From Candidatus Bathyarchaeota archaeon (lineage in GTDB: Archaea; Thermoproteota; Bathyarchaeia; Bathyarchaeales; Bathycorpusculaceae), in assembly GCA_963717465.1 (NCBI GenBank), contig OY970340.1:1952001-2016000 (forward strand): DNA of 64,000 nt. Reading direction: 5' to 3'. This document shows positions 50,938-60,786 of this stretch, piece after piece. A program made the position numbers and the translations under genes. Positions within the stretch are counted from its first letter, which is position 1; every line of letters begins with the position of its first letter. The notes beneath the pieces were generated by a model that did not search any database, was not told the origin of the DNA, and worked only from the letters and a program-made list of their open reading frames with translations.

Positions 50938-52992
50938 TCATAGAAAAATCAGCCATAGAATATACGAAACAAAACAAACTAGAAAGATGCAAAGCCAGAG
51001 CTTCTTGCTGTAATGAATGATGTCTCTACCACTCATAGGGGTAAACGGCATAGCATCAAACAATGCACTCATGATGCACATGGACAGACCTATTCCACCG
51101 ATCAAGGCAAACCCTAACTTGTATAAGATGAAAAAGCTTAACGCAAAAAGCAGGCTTATGATAATTTCAAAAGCAGCTGTTCTTACACCTATATGCTTAG
51201 AAAAAATTGAGTCATCTTTCACGTTACGAGTAGGAGATGAGAAGGGTGAACGGAAAGCAAACGCTGTCACCACGAACAATACGAAACCTAACGGCCAAAA
51301 CCTATGTTCACAATGGACGCCTTTATGACGAATGTAAGCAATGGTGAAGTACTTTTTAACTAAAGCTACAATGATACTAGTGCCTAAAACTATAGGCAAT
51401 ACAGTGAGTATCAAGGAAAAATCCGGCACTTTAACGTAAGAGAATGCTAAAGTTAAAAAGACGAGTAAAATTATGTATGCCACTATTTCCGTTTTGGAGA
51501 TTTTAAAAATCGAGCTTGCCTTTTTTTTGGTACCAGCTTTATTTTTTGAGGCAACAAAATCTTCAAACCATTTCTTGACGCTGTCTGGAATAAGACCCTT
51601 TAGGTAATCTACAAATCTCACCCAGAAACCTGCACCTGCAGGAGCGCTTGTCGTTGAAAATATTGCTGAAACAACGCCGGTCACGACTGCAGCAAAGCTA
51701 ACGGATATGGCAGCTTGACTTGGGGTCGGTGTCCAAGCAGATGAAGAGGCGACTGCGACATCAGTGTCAACGATTGTTTGTCCAGGTGTGTAATTGCCAA
51801 AAGCGTAAAGGTTTGAATCATAGTCGCCTACGAATAAGGCGCCATCAGCAAGGGCTGAAGAAGCAAAAAAGCTTCCGGCAGAATAGCTCCAGACCAAGCT
51901 TCCATCCGAAGCTGATAATGCATAAAGCGTGCCGCCAAAGCTTGACACGTAAATAACCCCTGAAGAAATGGATGGAGAACTGTAGACTGCTCCATTTGTT
52001 TGATATTTCCAGACTAAGCTGCCATTTGTTATGTTAATTGCATAAACGTAGTCGTCTTCGCAGCCAACGTATAAAATGTCATTGCTTACGGCTGGCGTTG
52101 ATGAAACCTTGTTGCTGCTTGCTTGGTAACTCCAAATCTCTTTGCCCGTACTTGCATCAATCGCGTAGACGTAACCACCATCGTCCCCAATGTACAATAC
52201 ACCGTTTACAACTATAGGTGAAGAGTCCATGTATGTGCCTCCGCCTATAGTTTGGTAGCTCCAAATGAGGGCACCCGTTTGAGCGTTTAGAGCGTAGACT
52301 TTACCGTCTTCAGAGGCAATGTATACAGTATTACCAACCACTGCTGGTGTAGTGCGAATTTGACCGCCAGTAGTATAAGTCCACAGTAAGGCGCCTGTGT
52401 TTTCGTTGAGGGCATATGTTTTATTGTCGGTATCACCAAAATACACGGCGCCGTTAGCAACGGCTGGAGAACCGTATATAGAATCTCCAGAAGTAAAATT
52501 CCATTTTAAAACACCTGTATACGCATCTAACGCATACAAGCTGCCCTTTGTTGCTCCATTAGTGTTATCGCCAAAATAGACAATTCCTTTAAAAACTGCG
52601 GGAGAAGACCAAATATCGCCTGAAGCAGTGAAATTCCAAATTTCATTACCAGTTGAAGCATTTATTGCACTAAAATAACCGCCGAAAGTGCCTACGTACA
52701 AGATATTGTTAAAAACAGCTGCAGATGAGCGGATTGCGCTTGGTAAAGCATGAATCCATAATGTCTGGTTAGAAGAAGGTCCAGCAATCGAGGAAACACC
52801 AGTATTGGAAAAATCATGACGAAAAGACCTCCAATAATCAGTAGAACTTGCTATCGAAGTGCTTTGTGTGTTGCTTGGCAGGCTACCTGAAGCACCAAAA
52901 CATATAACAGAAGTTAAGGCAAAGATAACAAGCGACAGCATTACTGTTAAGATGATCAAAGATAACTTTTTCAATGCCTTCCCCCCAATCAA
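50938..52992 (-). CDS. PQQ-type beta-propeller protein with C-terminal multi-TM domain
   Basis: SSPAV..VY.G..LYAL.A.TG..W repeats; C-terminal FDAMPFTPMSG resembles a degenerate M50 NxxPxxxxDG motif. Confidence 0.85.
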   Translation of the reverse strand: MIGGKALKKLSLIILTVMLSLVIFALTSVICFGASGSLPSNTQSTSIASSTDYWRSFRHDFSNTGVSSIAGPSSNQTLWIHALPSAIRSSAAVFNNILYVGTFGGYFSAINASTGNEIWNFTASGDIWSSPAVFKGIVYFGDNTNGATKGSLYALDAYTGVLKWNFTSGDSIYGSPAVANGAVYFGDTDNKTYALNENTGALLWTYTTGGQIRTTPAVVGNTVYIASEDGKVYALNAQTGALIWSYQTIGGGTYMDSSPIVVNGVLYIGDDGGYVYAIDASTGKEIWSYQASSNKVSSTPAVSNDILYVGCEDDYVYAINITNGSLVWKYQTNGAVYSSPSISSGVIYVSSFGGTLYALSASDGSLVWSYSAGSFFASSALADGALFVGDYDSNLYAFGNYTPGQTIVDTDVAVASSSAWTPTPSQAAISVSFAAVVTGVVSAIFSTTSAPAGAGFWVRFVDYLKGLIPDSVKKWFEDFVASKNKAGTKKKASSIFKISKTEIVAYIILLVFLTLAFSYVKVPDFSLILTVLPIVLGTSIIVALVKKYFTIAYIRHKGVHCEHRFWPLGFVLFVVTAFAFRSPFSSPTRNVKDDSIFSKHIGVRTAAFEIIISLLFALSFFILYKLGFALIGGIGLSMCIMSALFDAMPFTPMSGRDIIHYSKKLWLCIFLVCFVSYILWLIFL

Positions 52993-53138
52993 AGATTTTG
53001 AAATAATTATTTAAACTTTCAATTTAGCGGTGAATAATCAGCAATCTAAGTCTAAATTTAATACTCTCTTTAGAAGAATTTTAGACGGCAATTTAGCGGA
53101 TAAACTTTCATGACATAACGTCTTAAGTAAAATGGGGA

Positions 53139-53597
53139 TTAGGGGAAGCCTGTTATTAAATCGTATATGTAAGCGTTCCATTCTTCGGATTTTTTGTCCA
53201 GTATTTCGTACAGTTTCTTTAGAAATTCATGATACTTGTTTTCATCTTCCATTATGTTTAGGATTAATTGCTTGACATTTTTGTCTTTAAGAGCTTCGCT
53301 GATTTCTTTTGCTTGCTTAAGCATTTTTGCCTCTTCTTTCACATGTTTTTCAATTTCGTTTCTGCTTAGATTTTTGCTTTCTTCGCCCATAACGCTGGTA
53401 TTGTTTAGATCTATTATTAATTGGTAAGTTTCTGAGTGTTTCATCGTGTCAAAGATTAGGCAGTGGACAAGCAACTTGACCAGTGGATTTTGAGCAGACT
53501 CGTATACGGTCGTTAATTCTTTAGCCGCAAGATCTTCAAATTTCTTTTGTTCCTTTATCTTTTCAAGAATTTTTTCATCTACAATTTGCCAAGACAA
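53139..53597 (-). CDS. Ferritin-like protein
   Basis: Helical; DTMKH, HVKEE and EDENKYH patterns. Confidence 0.7.
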   Translation of the reverse strand: MSWQIVDEKILEKIKEQKKFEDLAAKELTTVYESAQNPLVKLLVHCLIFDTMKHSETYQLIIDLNNTSVMGEESKNLSRNEIEKHVKEEAKMLKQAKEISEALKDKNVKQLILNIMEDENKYHEFLKKLYEILDKKSEEWNAYIYDLITGFP

Positions 53598-53702
53598 ACA
53601 GACAGCCTCTAACTATTGCAGAAATATGAGTTTGCTTATTAAGTTTTTATCCTTGCAACGTAGGCTAAGGAAAATATAAAAAAAATTAATTTGTCGAAAA
53701 CG

Positions 53703-54260
53703 TTAGCGGATTATGTTGTAATATTGTTTGTATTTTTTCGGCGGCGCTACAGCTTTTGTATTTTCAAGTTTATATCCAAGAACTAGACCATAATGCGCTT
53801 CATAGCCGTCTGGGATGCCCAGTCTTGTATAACTTTCAGGACTGCTAAAATAGAATCTGGCAAAGCCTATCCAGCAAGAACCAATGCCAATGCTTTCAGC
53901 AGCTAAAAGCATATTTTGCATAGCGGCACAAATATCAGCAAGTGGTGTAACGGCATCTTTCTTTGCGGAGACAATAATTGCTGTTGGAGCATTATAGAAT
54001 ATGTTTAGTTTTTCGTTGCTTCCCATTGTTACTATCCAGTCAACACCACTTTTCCTCATGCCTTCCTTGGCTCCATCGCTGACTTCTTTTATTAACGATT
54101 TATTTTGCAGGACAGTAAAGTACCATGATTGGTCATTATGACCGCTTGGAGCCATAAGACCAGCATCCAAAATCAGTTTCAACTCTTCATCTTTAATTTG
54201 TTCATCTTTAAATTTGCGAATACTACGCCGACTCGCTATAACCTTTAACGTCTCATTCAT
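53703..54260 (-). CDS. Nitroreductase family protein
   Basis: RRSIRKF, APSGHNDQSW, NMLLAAESIGIGSCWIG. Confidence 0.95.
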   Translation of the reverse strand: MNETLKVIASRRSIRKFKDEQIKDEELKLILDAGLMAPSGHNDQSWYFTVLQNKSLIKEVSDGAKEGMRKSGVDWIVTMGSNEKLNIFYNAPTAIIVSAKKDAVTPLADICAAMQNMLLAAESIGIGSCWIGFARFYFSSPESYTRLGIPDGYEAHYGLVLGYKLENTKAVAPPKKYKQYYNIIR

Positions 54261-54422
54261 GACAATTCCCTCAACAAGTAGTAAATTGAAATCTAGATTC
54301 TTGAATGACTTGAGTAATATAAACTCAGTGGCTTTGCTACCCTAATTCGCCTAACTATGCCCTCAACGTTCAATGACCTATTTTTCTTAGCAAACGGCAC
54401 GTCCCAACTAACATCTGCATAA

Positions 54423-54776
54423 TTAATTGTTGATGCGTTCCTCATAGTCAGCGGAGCACCCGCCATCTGGAACTATAACTATGCGAGTGTTGTCTGGAAG
54501 TGGCACTTCTATTGATTCTCGAAGGTTTATGAATGGCTTTTCAGGACATGATGCCATGAGTGCAACCATTCTGTAGAAACGGTTCTCTTTTGGATGCCAA
54601 ATCAGTTCACGCAATGGACAAGTCTCACTTAACATTGAATCAGCCGTATCTATAGCATCCTTTATTGTTGCTCCGTTATCAAGATTCAAGGGCAACTCAA
54701 CATGCAGGGAGCGATGGTGAATACTAATTGTAATTTTCTTCAATTTTCGTTCACCATAGCGGTTTTCAAGATTCAC
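54423..54776 (-). CDS. Possible beta-grasp (MoaD/SAMP-like) protein
   Basis: GATIKDAI..PLPDNTRIVIVPDGG pattern. Confidence 0.4.
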   Translation of the reverse strand: MNLENRYGERKLKKITISIHHRSLHVELPLNLDNGATIKDAIDTADSMLSETCPLRELIWHPKENRFYRMVALMASCPEKPFINLRESIEVPLPDNTRIVIVPDGGCSADYEERINN

Positions 54777-54885
54777 TTCAATTGATACTTTTAAATTACT
54801 TCATTTCTTATTTACACATAGATTTTATTATACATTGAGGATAATTCTTTTCGTTTTCCAATTAATTCGTTTTGTTAAACATTTG

Positions 54886-55689
54886 TTATTTTTTATTTGA
54901 TAAAGGGTATATTCTTTTATCCTTTAGATACTTGATTGATTTTTCAATTTTTCTTAATTCCCCTATTTCGAATACTACTTCAGGCTCAAGGCCCTGCTTC
55001 TCGAGCAATGAGGTTAACTTTGTCCAGTCTATTTTGCCAGCTCCAACCTCTAAATGCTGATCTGTTAAACCGTTATTATCGCTGTAGTGCAAGCATTGAA
55101 TTTTTGAACCGAGCATTTCAATCCATTTGTCCATTGGCAATTTAGAGAAGACGTTTGCATGAGCAACATCAAAGCAAACCTTCAATCTGGATTCATTTAT
55201 TGTTTCAAGAAGTTTGCAGAGTGCTTCAGGAGAAGATTCCCAAAGGTTTTCGAGCAAGATTACGCCATCAAAACTTTTAAGCGTTTTTTTCCAAAAAGCT
55301 GCGTTACGTTCAACCCAAAATTGAAAGTAAAATGGGTCCGAAATGAACGGGTTAAAGTTTCCATGAAAAACTATCTGTTTTGCGCCCACCGTTGAAGCTG
55401 TCTTAATGCTTTCAAATATGCGCTTTTGAGAAACTTCAGCTATCATAGCATCGCTACTGTGGACTAAAACGTCTTGAAAAACCCCGTGAAAAGAAATTTT
55501 CCCTTTAAACCCCCTCAAGACATCAATGTGCATCTGTAAAACTTTCTGCCAATCCATCTCAAACGCATTAGCATAAGCAAAACTAGCAATTTCCAAATTA
55601 TAATTTTGTGCTACTGCAAAATCAACAATTTCAATCAAGTTATCATGATGAAGAGGCTGAACAAACAGCTTGGACATGTTAGAGTGCAA
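54886..55689 (-). CDS. Sugar phosphate isomerase/AP endonuclease 2 TIM-barrel protein
   Basis: VFH, LLEN, CFDVAH, HYSDN..DQH, VFE. Confidence 0.88.
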   Translation of the reverse strand: MHSNMSKLFVQPLHHDNLIEIVDFAVAQNYNLEIASFAYANAFEMDWQKVLQMHIDVLRGFKGKISFHGVFQDVLVHSSDAMIAEVSQKRIFESIKTASTVGAKQIVFHGNFNPFISDPFYFQFWVERNAAFWKKTLKSFDGVILLENLWESSPEALCKLLETINESRLKVCFDVAHANVFSKLPMDKWIEMLGSKIQCLHYSDNNGLTDQHLEVGAGKIDWTKLTSLLEKQGLEPEVVFEIGELRKIEKSIKYLKDKRIYPLSNKK

Positions 55690-55740
55690 TTAGTTTTTAC
55701 CAATATAAATTTGTCCCAATAAAGCTCCGGATTAACTTGC

Positions 55741-56589
55741 CTAACGCCACAATGTTCTAATTGTGTGTCTGGCTTTTTCCATTATTGATGAAACAGCTTG
55801 TTTTGATAAACCAGTTTTTCTTTCAATATACTGGCTATCTTGTTCGGTAAACTGTTTTATAAGCACTATGCCAGCATCGACTAGAAGTAGTCTTGCTTTT
55901 GTGCTAACTCCTCTAAGGCAACTCAATGGATACAATTCGTATTTCTCAATAATATCTCTTAGTCCGAAACCTTCAGGGGAAGTCCATCCTATCTGCCAAA
56001 TGTTACGGCAACCGCCATAAACTATGGCATGGTCGGAGTATCTGGTGTTGGTAACTATGATTGCGCCATCAATTTTAGTTCCACTTGAACCGCGTGCGTA
56101 ACCGTCTCCAACGTCTTCAAGGATTGCCCTTGCTATGCGACTCTCGTCAAGTCCAGTCAAGGAATGATAGCTTCTGTGATGTTTTGCTTCCACAAAGTAT
56201 GTTAAGCCATTTTTAGTCGCTAAAGCATCAACCTCGTGTTCCCCACACAATCCCTTAAGAATCGTGTTAGGCTTCACCTGGAAACCACTATGATCCAGTA
56301 GAACTCGAACAAAAACTTCGAATTCAGGCTTAGGCTCCATTAAGCTTATGCCCTGTTTAAGATCAAAAAGATGTTTAACAGCGGGCTTGCGTTCCCGCAT
56401 CAAAGCAAAAATAGTTTCCAGAATTTCCTGCGTCGATATACCTTCGTAGAGTTTTCTCTCCACTTCTTGTTCAATCTCAGCAGCAATTTCACGATTGATG
56501 CCCATTCGCCTGCATGTCTGGGCAACTTTTTCCCTATCGAAAGGCTGTCTTGAACCATTTGCTTTAGTTACGAGAACCGTCAAATGCAT
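55741..56589 (-). CDS. ATP-cone + Mrr-like PD-(D/E)xK nuclease domain protein
   Basis: VTKANGSRQPFDREK; FE..V, EVDALA, VEAKHH, VTNTRYS. Confidence 0.85.
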   Translation of the reverse strand: MHLTVLVTKANGSRQPFDREKVAQTCRRMGINREIAAEIEQEVERKLYEGISTQEILETIFALMRERKPAVKHLFDLKQGISLMEPKPEFEVFVRVLLDHSGFQVKPNTILKGLCGEHEVDALATKNGLTYFVEAKHHRSYHSLTGLDESRIARAILEDVGDGYARGSSGTKIDGAIIVTNTRYSDHAIVYGGCRNIWQIGWTSPEGFGLRDIIEKYELYPLSCLRGVSTKARLLLVDAGIVLIKQFTEQDSQYIERKTGLSKQAVSSIMEKARHTIRTLWR

Positions 56590-56776
56590 TCAACCGCAAT
56601 TGAACAGATACGTTCGTTGACGTTTTAATTTTTTACTATTGACCTATTCCCGATCTGCCTTATTTCATTAAAAAACAAGCAACTCCTAAAATATGCTCTC
56701 TATTCATTTCAAATATTGCTAAAACAAAATAAAAAATTAAGGCGACTTAATTTTAAAAGCCGATTAAGTCTGCTGA

Positions 56777-57889
56777 TTACAGCTTTCTTTTAACTAAGAA
56801 TTCAGTGAATGCTTTTAATTTTTCCTTGGCTTCTGAGTCAGGTAAAAGCTTATTCACTTCAGTCCAGCTTTCCTCAACTATGCTTTGCGCAGCGAGCCTT
56901 ACATAGTCAATGGCATCGTATTTTTGCATCAAAGAAATTGCCTCATCTCGCAGAGCTTGATCTGAAGTGTGCATATTAAGAATTTCAATAAGTCGTTTCT
57001 TATCAGCACTGTTTGCTCTTTCAAGCGCATAGATAACCATTAAAGTTCTCTTGCCTTCGGTGATGTCTTGACCAACTCCGCCTTTATTCTTAGCGAATTC
57101 TTCACCTGTTAAATCCAGAATATCATCCTGCATCTGGAAAGCAACACCTATGCTTTCAGCGAAGCGGCCCATTTTGTCGACTAAGTCTGGGGTTCCACCT
57201 GCTAAGACCGTGGCTATTTTGGCTGCCATGCGTGCGAGTGTGCCTGTTTTGTAAGCGCACATTTGAAGGTAATCTTCTTCACCTATCTTGTCTGCGTTAG
57301 CTATGCCTTTATGCCAAGTTATGTCCATTGCTTGGCCCATACTGATGTTAATCATTTCTTGGACGTAAATTTTGTAAATGTTGCACTTCGTTTCTGCGGG
57401 TAATTTTACTTTTTTATCCATCAACGGCAGAAGAGGCAGATAATACATTGCTTGACCAACGTTTATTGACATATCTACTCCAAAGGTTTTGTAAGTGCAT
57501 GGTTTTCCTCGGCGCATTTCCGAGGAATCCTGGATGTCATCGATTATGAGCGTGCCGTTATGAACGACTTCTGGAATTATTGAAAAATCTATCCAGTATT
57601 CGGGGTTTTTGCCTAATGCTTCACAAATCAGCAAGAAGAGCACGGGGCGCCATCTTTTTCCACCTCTATCCAGCATATCCCAGATTGGTGCTGCAATGGC
57701 TTTGTTCAAAGGTTCCAAATTGTAACTGTACATTGGTGAATTGACATCGAACAGAATCGTGTTTTTGGAGAATTTTCTGGGAATGTACTTTGCGATGGCA
57801 TTGTCGATTAAGGGTAATTTGTCTTCAAGATACTTTTCTATATTCAATACTGCACTTGTTTCTTCATATATTTTCTGAGATGTTAGCAT
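56777..57889 (-). CDS. Polyprenyl (GGPP) synthase
   Basis: GGKRWRP, DDIQD..RRG, GQAMD, KTG, FQMQDDILD. Confidence 0.93.
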   Translation of the reverse strand: MLTSQKIYEETSAVLNIEKYLEDKLPLIDNAIAKYIPRKFSKNTILFDVNSPMYSYNLEPLNKAIAAPIWDMLDRGGKRWRPVLFLLICEALGKNPEYWIDFSIIPEVVHNGTLIIDDIQDSSEMRRGKPCTYKTFGVDMSINVGQAMYYLPLLPLMDKKVKLPAETKCNIYKIYVQEMINISMGQAMDITWHKGIANADKIGEEDYLQMCAYKTGTLARMAAKIATVLAGGTPDLVDKMGRFAESIGVAFQMQDDILDLTGEEFAKNKGGVGQDITEGKRTLMVIYALERANSADKKRLIEILNMHTSDQALRDEAISLMQKYDAIDYVRLAAQSIVEESWTEVNKLLPDSEAKEKLKAFTEFLVKRKL

Positions 57890-57948
57890 TTAAATTTCAT
57901 TCCATCCTTAAAACTTGGATTTTTCATTTTTCTGCGTCAATTTTGAGT

Positions 57949-58368
57949 TTATTTTTGTTGTATGATCTTGTCTATGCGATTTCTGATGTTTTGCAGTCGC
58001 TCAACATAGTTGCTGATATTGGGCTTTTCAACTCTTATCTTATCTTCTAAGTAAGAGCTGTTAGATTCCATTTCGGCGATAACTTCCTCTGTGGTTCTAG
58101 GCATTCCTGAGATGTTTCCAAACGGCGTCCATAAGAGTTCTTGTCTTCCTTTTTCCGTGATTTCGTATCTGCCATCATCACGTTTCTTTATTATTCCTTG
58201 TACTGAAAGATCCTCAAGTAGTGGGTAAATTGAGCCCGGCGAAGGTCTCCACCAACCTTGGCTTACTGTTTCTATTTGATCCATTATTTCGGCTCCGTTT
58301 TTGGGTGATTGCTTTAATAATGTAATTATCCATACGCGGAGTCCTCCTCTTTTGACAAGTCTAAACGT
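57949..58368 (-). CDS. PadR family regulator, apparent ACG start
   Basis: WRPSPGSIYPLL; frame extends 28 codons upstream (RGGLRVWIITLLKQSPKNGAEI) to AGGTGA-TATCGA-ACG. Confidence 0.8.
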   Translation of the reverse strand, partial: TFRLVKRGGLRVWIITLLKQSPKNGAEIMDQIETVSQGWWRPSPGSIYPLLEDLSVQGIIKKRDDGRYEITEKGRQELLWTPFGNISGMPRTTEEVIAEMESNSSYLEDKIRVEKPNISNYVERLQNIRNRIDKIIQQK

Positions 58369-58426
58369 TCGATATCACCTATTCGATACGATGTTTTATG
58401 CTGTAATCGATATCGATAAATCGATA
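58369..58426. promoter_or_regulatory. Putative PadR autoregulatory operator array
   Basis: Five TCGATA hexamers, including palindrome ATCGATATCGAT at 58406-58417. Confidence 0.55.
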
Positions 58427-58763
58427 TAATAGTATCCATTCTAATAAACATTCCTAAGCACGGAGCTGTCTAATCTTTGAGGCATAAGCTCCTTTCTGGC
58501 TTTTCTGTAAAAATTCAGGGCATAGGTCGAAAGATCGCTGGCACCGTAAAGTCCTTATCTGTGAAAAAGGCTTACTCAAAATTTTTTATGAAAAAGCGTT
58601 ATCTGAAGACTATCTTAATTTGTTCATTTAAACGATTTGTCACTTTACATAGAAAAAGTTTAGATACATCTTCTTTTTTGATGTATCATAGGCTTTGCTA
58701 ACATCTTTTTTTCACTTTTAGTGAATGGGTTTTTAACTCATCAGTTTGGATGGGATGTTTTAA

Positions 58764-59531
58764 TTAGTCAGATTTGGCTTCTCTGTGGAATTTTTGTAAC
58801 CATTTGCGGGCTTTTGATTGGGCTTTTGGTGTTGAAGGGGTGGAAGGAGCAAACGGACAATTTACCTGACAAGTTATCTTCTGATATGATATTTTATCCT
58901 CTGGAATAAAAACGCTTATTATTGGTTGGAATGCAAGTATGCTGACTCCTACTAAAACCCATGTTAACTGTTCCGATTTAATATTGTTTTGAATACTTAG
59001 TGTATCGGTTGCACTTGCGACTGTTATAGCAGGATAGCCTGCCTCAACAGCAACTGCATAAACAACAACGTTGTATATTGTGGGAGTTAAGTATGGCCAA
59101 GAAGACCCATCTATGAGCCAAATAACTTGTCCGCTTGCTTGGTAAATATTTGGGGTAGTAGTTGCAGTTATTGAAAGAAATGCTGTGGTAGGCGCTTGAT
59201 TTGGGTTGCCAACTGTGCTGATATTATATGCCTCAGTAAATGCAATCCAAGGATAATCCTGCAAGAGGTTTGGGTCAGTTGAGTTGATAGAGACGAAAAC
59301 TGTAACTGGGTTGTTTACGCTAATTGAGCCTTGTGCAGTAAATAAGAAAGTACAAGTTACGGTTATATTCGGATGATTAGGCCAATAATCAATTGGCATT
59401 TGTAAAATAGATGGAACTGTAATATTTGGTACAGAGGAAATAAAAAGTACGCCGATTGGAACTATTGTGATAAAAGCAAGAAAAAGCATTATTGCAACTG
59501 CCCATCGTTTATGCTTATTTTGCATTACCAT
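58764..59531 (-). CDS. Two-TM membrane protein
   Basis: N- and C-terminal TM segments with a beta-rich loop. Confidence 0.6.
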   Translation of the reverse strand: MVMQNKHKRWAVAIMLFLAFITIVPIGVLFISSVPNITVPSILQMPIDYWPNHPNITVTCTFLFTAQGSISVNNPVTVFVSINSTDPNLLQDYPWIAFTEAYNISTVGNPNQAPTTAFLSITATTTPNIYQASGQVIWLIDGSSWPYLTPTIYNVVVYAVAVEAGYPAITVASATDTLSIQNNIKSEQLTWVLVGVSILAFQPIISVFIPEDKISYQKITCQVNCPFAPSTPSTPKAQSKARKWLQKFHREAKSD

Positions 59532-59585
59532 GCCTTCTCTCTAATTTAGTTATCATTTAGTTTAGAGAATTGTTAAGTTTTTGGG

Positions 59586-59651
59586 TTACTTGCTTGCTTT
59601 GCTTGCGTTTTGTATTAGGGTTATCCATTTATTTTGTCCTTCAATTGTTAT
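59586..59651 (-). repeat. Orphan 3' end of an IS6-like transposase gene
   Basis: Encodes ITIEGQNKWITLIQNASKASK*, versus ITIEGKNKWITLIQNASKQKRE* at 60855-60787. Confidence 0.9.
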
Positions 59652-59738
59652 TCTAGGCTCTGTTAATTTATCGTCAAATTTTTCTGGGTAGTAACTGTCG
59701 TCAGATGAAAGGCTTTGATGTTTAATTTGCTGATTAAT

Positions 59739-60209
59739 TCATGGGGTTAAGTACAATTTTCCTTTGTTGTAATTCCAATTCCAATGAGTAAAAATCCCAA
59801 GAATATCCATGCCTAATAGATTAGGAGAGGGTTCGATTTTCTTTCTTTTTGAGAATGGAATTACCAAAATTCTTTGAGGGTTAAAGATTTCTTCCTTTGG
59901 TTCTGTGTTTCCGCCTATAATATTAAATTTAATTTCTGGATAACAAAGAATTCTAGGGCGGATTTCTTTACCATTAGCCATTTGGCAAGTGTGAATAGAT
60001 TTGGTTAATTTTTTCACATTAATATTGATTGACTTAGCGAAAAAAGGCGATAATGTCGTTGTAGTTGCTCCCGAATCAATAATAAAAAAAACATCTTTTT
60101 GATTTTTTATCCATTGAGAATGACTAATTGAACCAACTATTGCAGCATAAGTGTAAATTGACTGCGTTAACTCGTCTTCTTCTGTAACAATGTCCGCAAT
60201 TAACTGCAA
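59739..60209 (-). CDS. Retropepsin-like aspartyl protease
   Basis: FIIDSGATTT and NLLGMDIL. Confidence 0.88.
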   Translation of the reverse strand: MQLIADIVTEEDELTQSIYTYAAIVGSISHSQWIKNQKDVFFIIDSGATTTTLSPFFAKSININVKKLTKSIHTCQMANGKEIRPRILCYPEIKFNIIGGNTEPKEEIFNPQRILVIPFSKRKKIEPSPNLLGMDILGIFTHWNWNYNKGKLYLTP

Positions 60210-60220
60210 TTATTTTTCCC

Positions 60221-60535
60221 TTAAAGAAGGAAACATGTTGGCTTTTGACTAACGAAATCAATAGCAAACGAGTCGGAATTTTGACCTGATGCTTTAATTT
60301 TTCGCATTAAACTGTCAATGTCTTTCTCAGCAAATACAACTTTTCCTTGTCTAACAGCTACGTATTTGTTTACAAATTTAGGGTCATGTGATAATACCTT
60401 TTTTGACTCAAGTAACCATTTATAGTCTGCTTGTAATTTTTCACGGCGTTCATTAAGCGCACTAGAACTTGATGTCACTCTCGGTCTTACCACTACAACA
60501 GACATTGGTTTTTTCCTCATAACTTTGCTTTTCAT
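60221..60535 (-). CDS. DUF5678-like protein
   Basis: W...NKYVAVRQGKVVFAEKD..L; adjacent to the aspartyl protease. Confidence 0.7.
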   Translation of the reverse strand: MKSKVMRKKPMSVVVVRPRVTSSSSALNERREKLQADYKWLLESKKVLSHDPKFVNKYVAVRQGKVVFAEKDIDSLMRKIKASGQNSDSFAIDFVSQKPTCFLL

Positions 60536-60786
60536 TTTAGTGCACCCTGTTCCTATATAAGCTTTGGCAATGTTTTGTAGGCATTTATTGGCGCATGGAT
60601 AAATTACATGCGACTTATTAGTCTATATTTAAAATTCAGCAGTAATTATTAATGAAATTATGTGATTGTACTCGAACAGTAACAATCTAAAAGTAGAGGG
60701 ATAGTGGTGACTTCACGCCTTTATCATGCCTTAAATGGGTATGTCACAATATTGTCCATGAAGCTTTATCTACTACCCTTTCTCTC

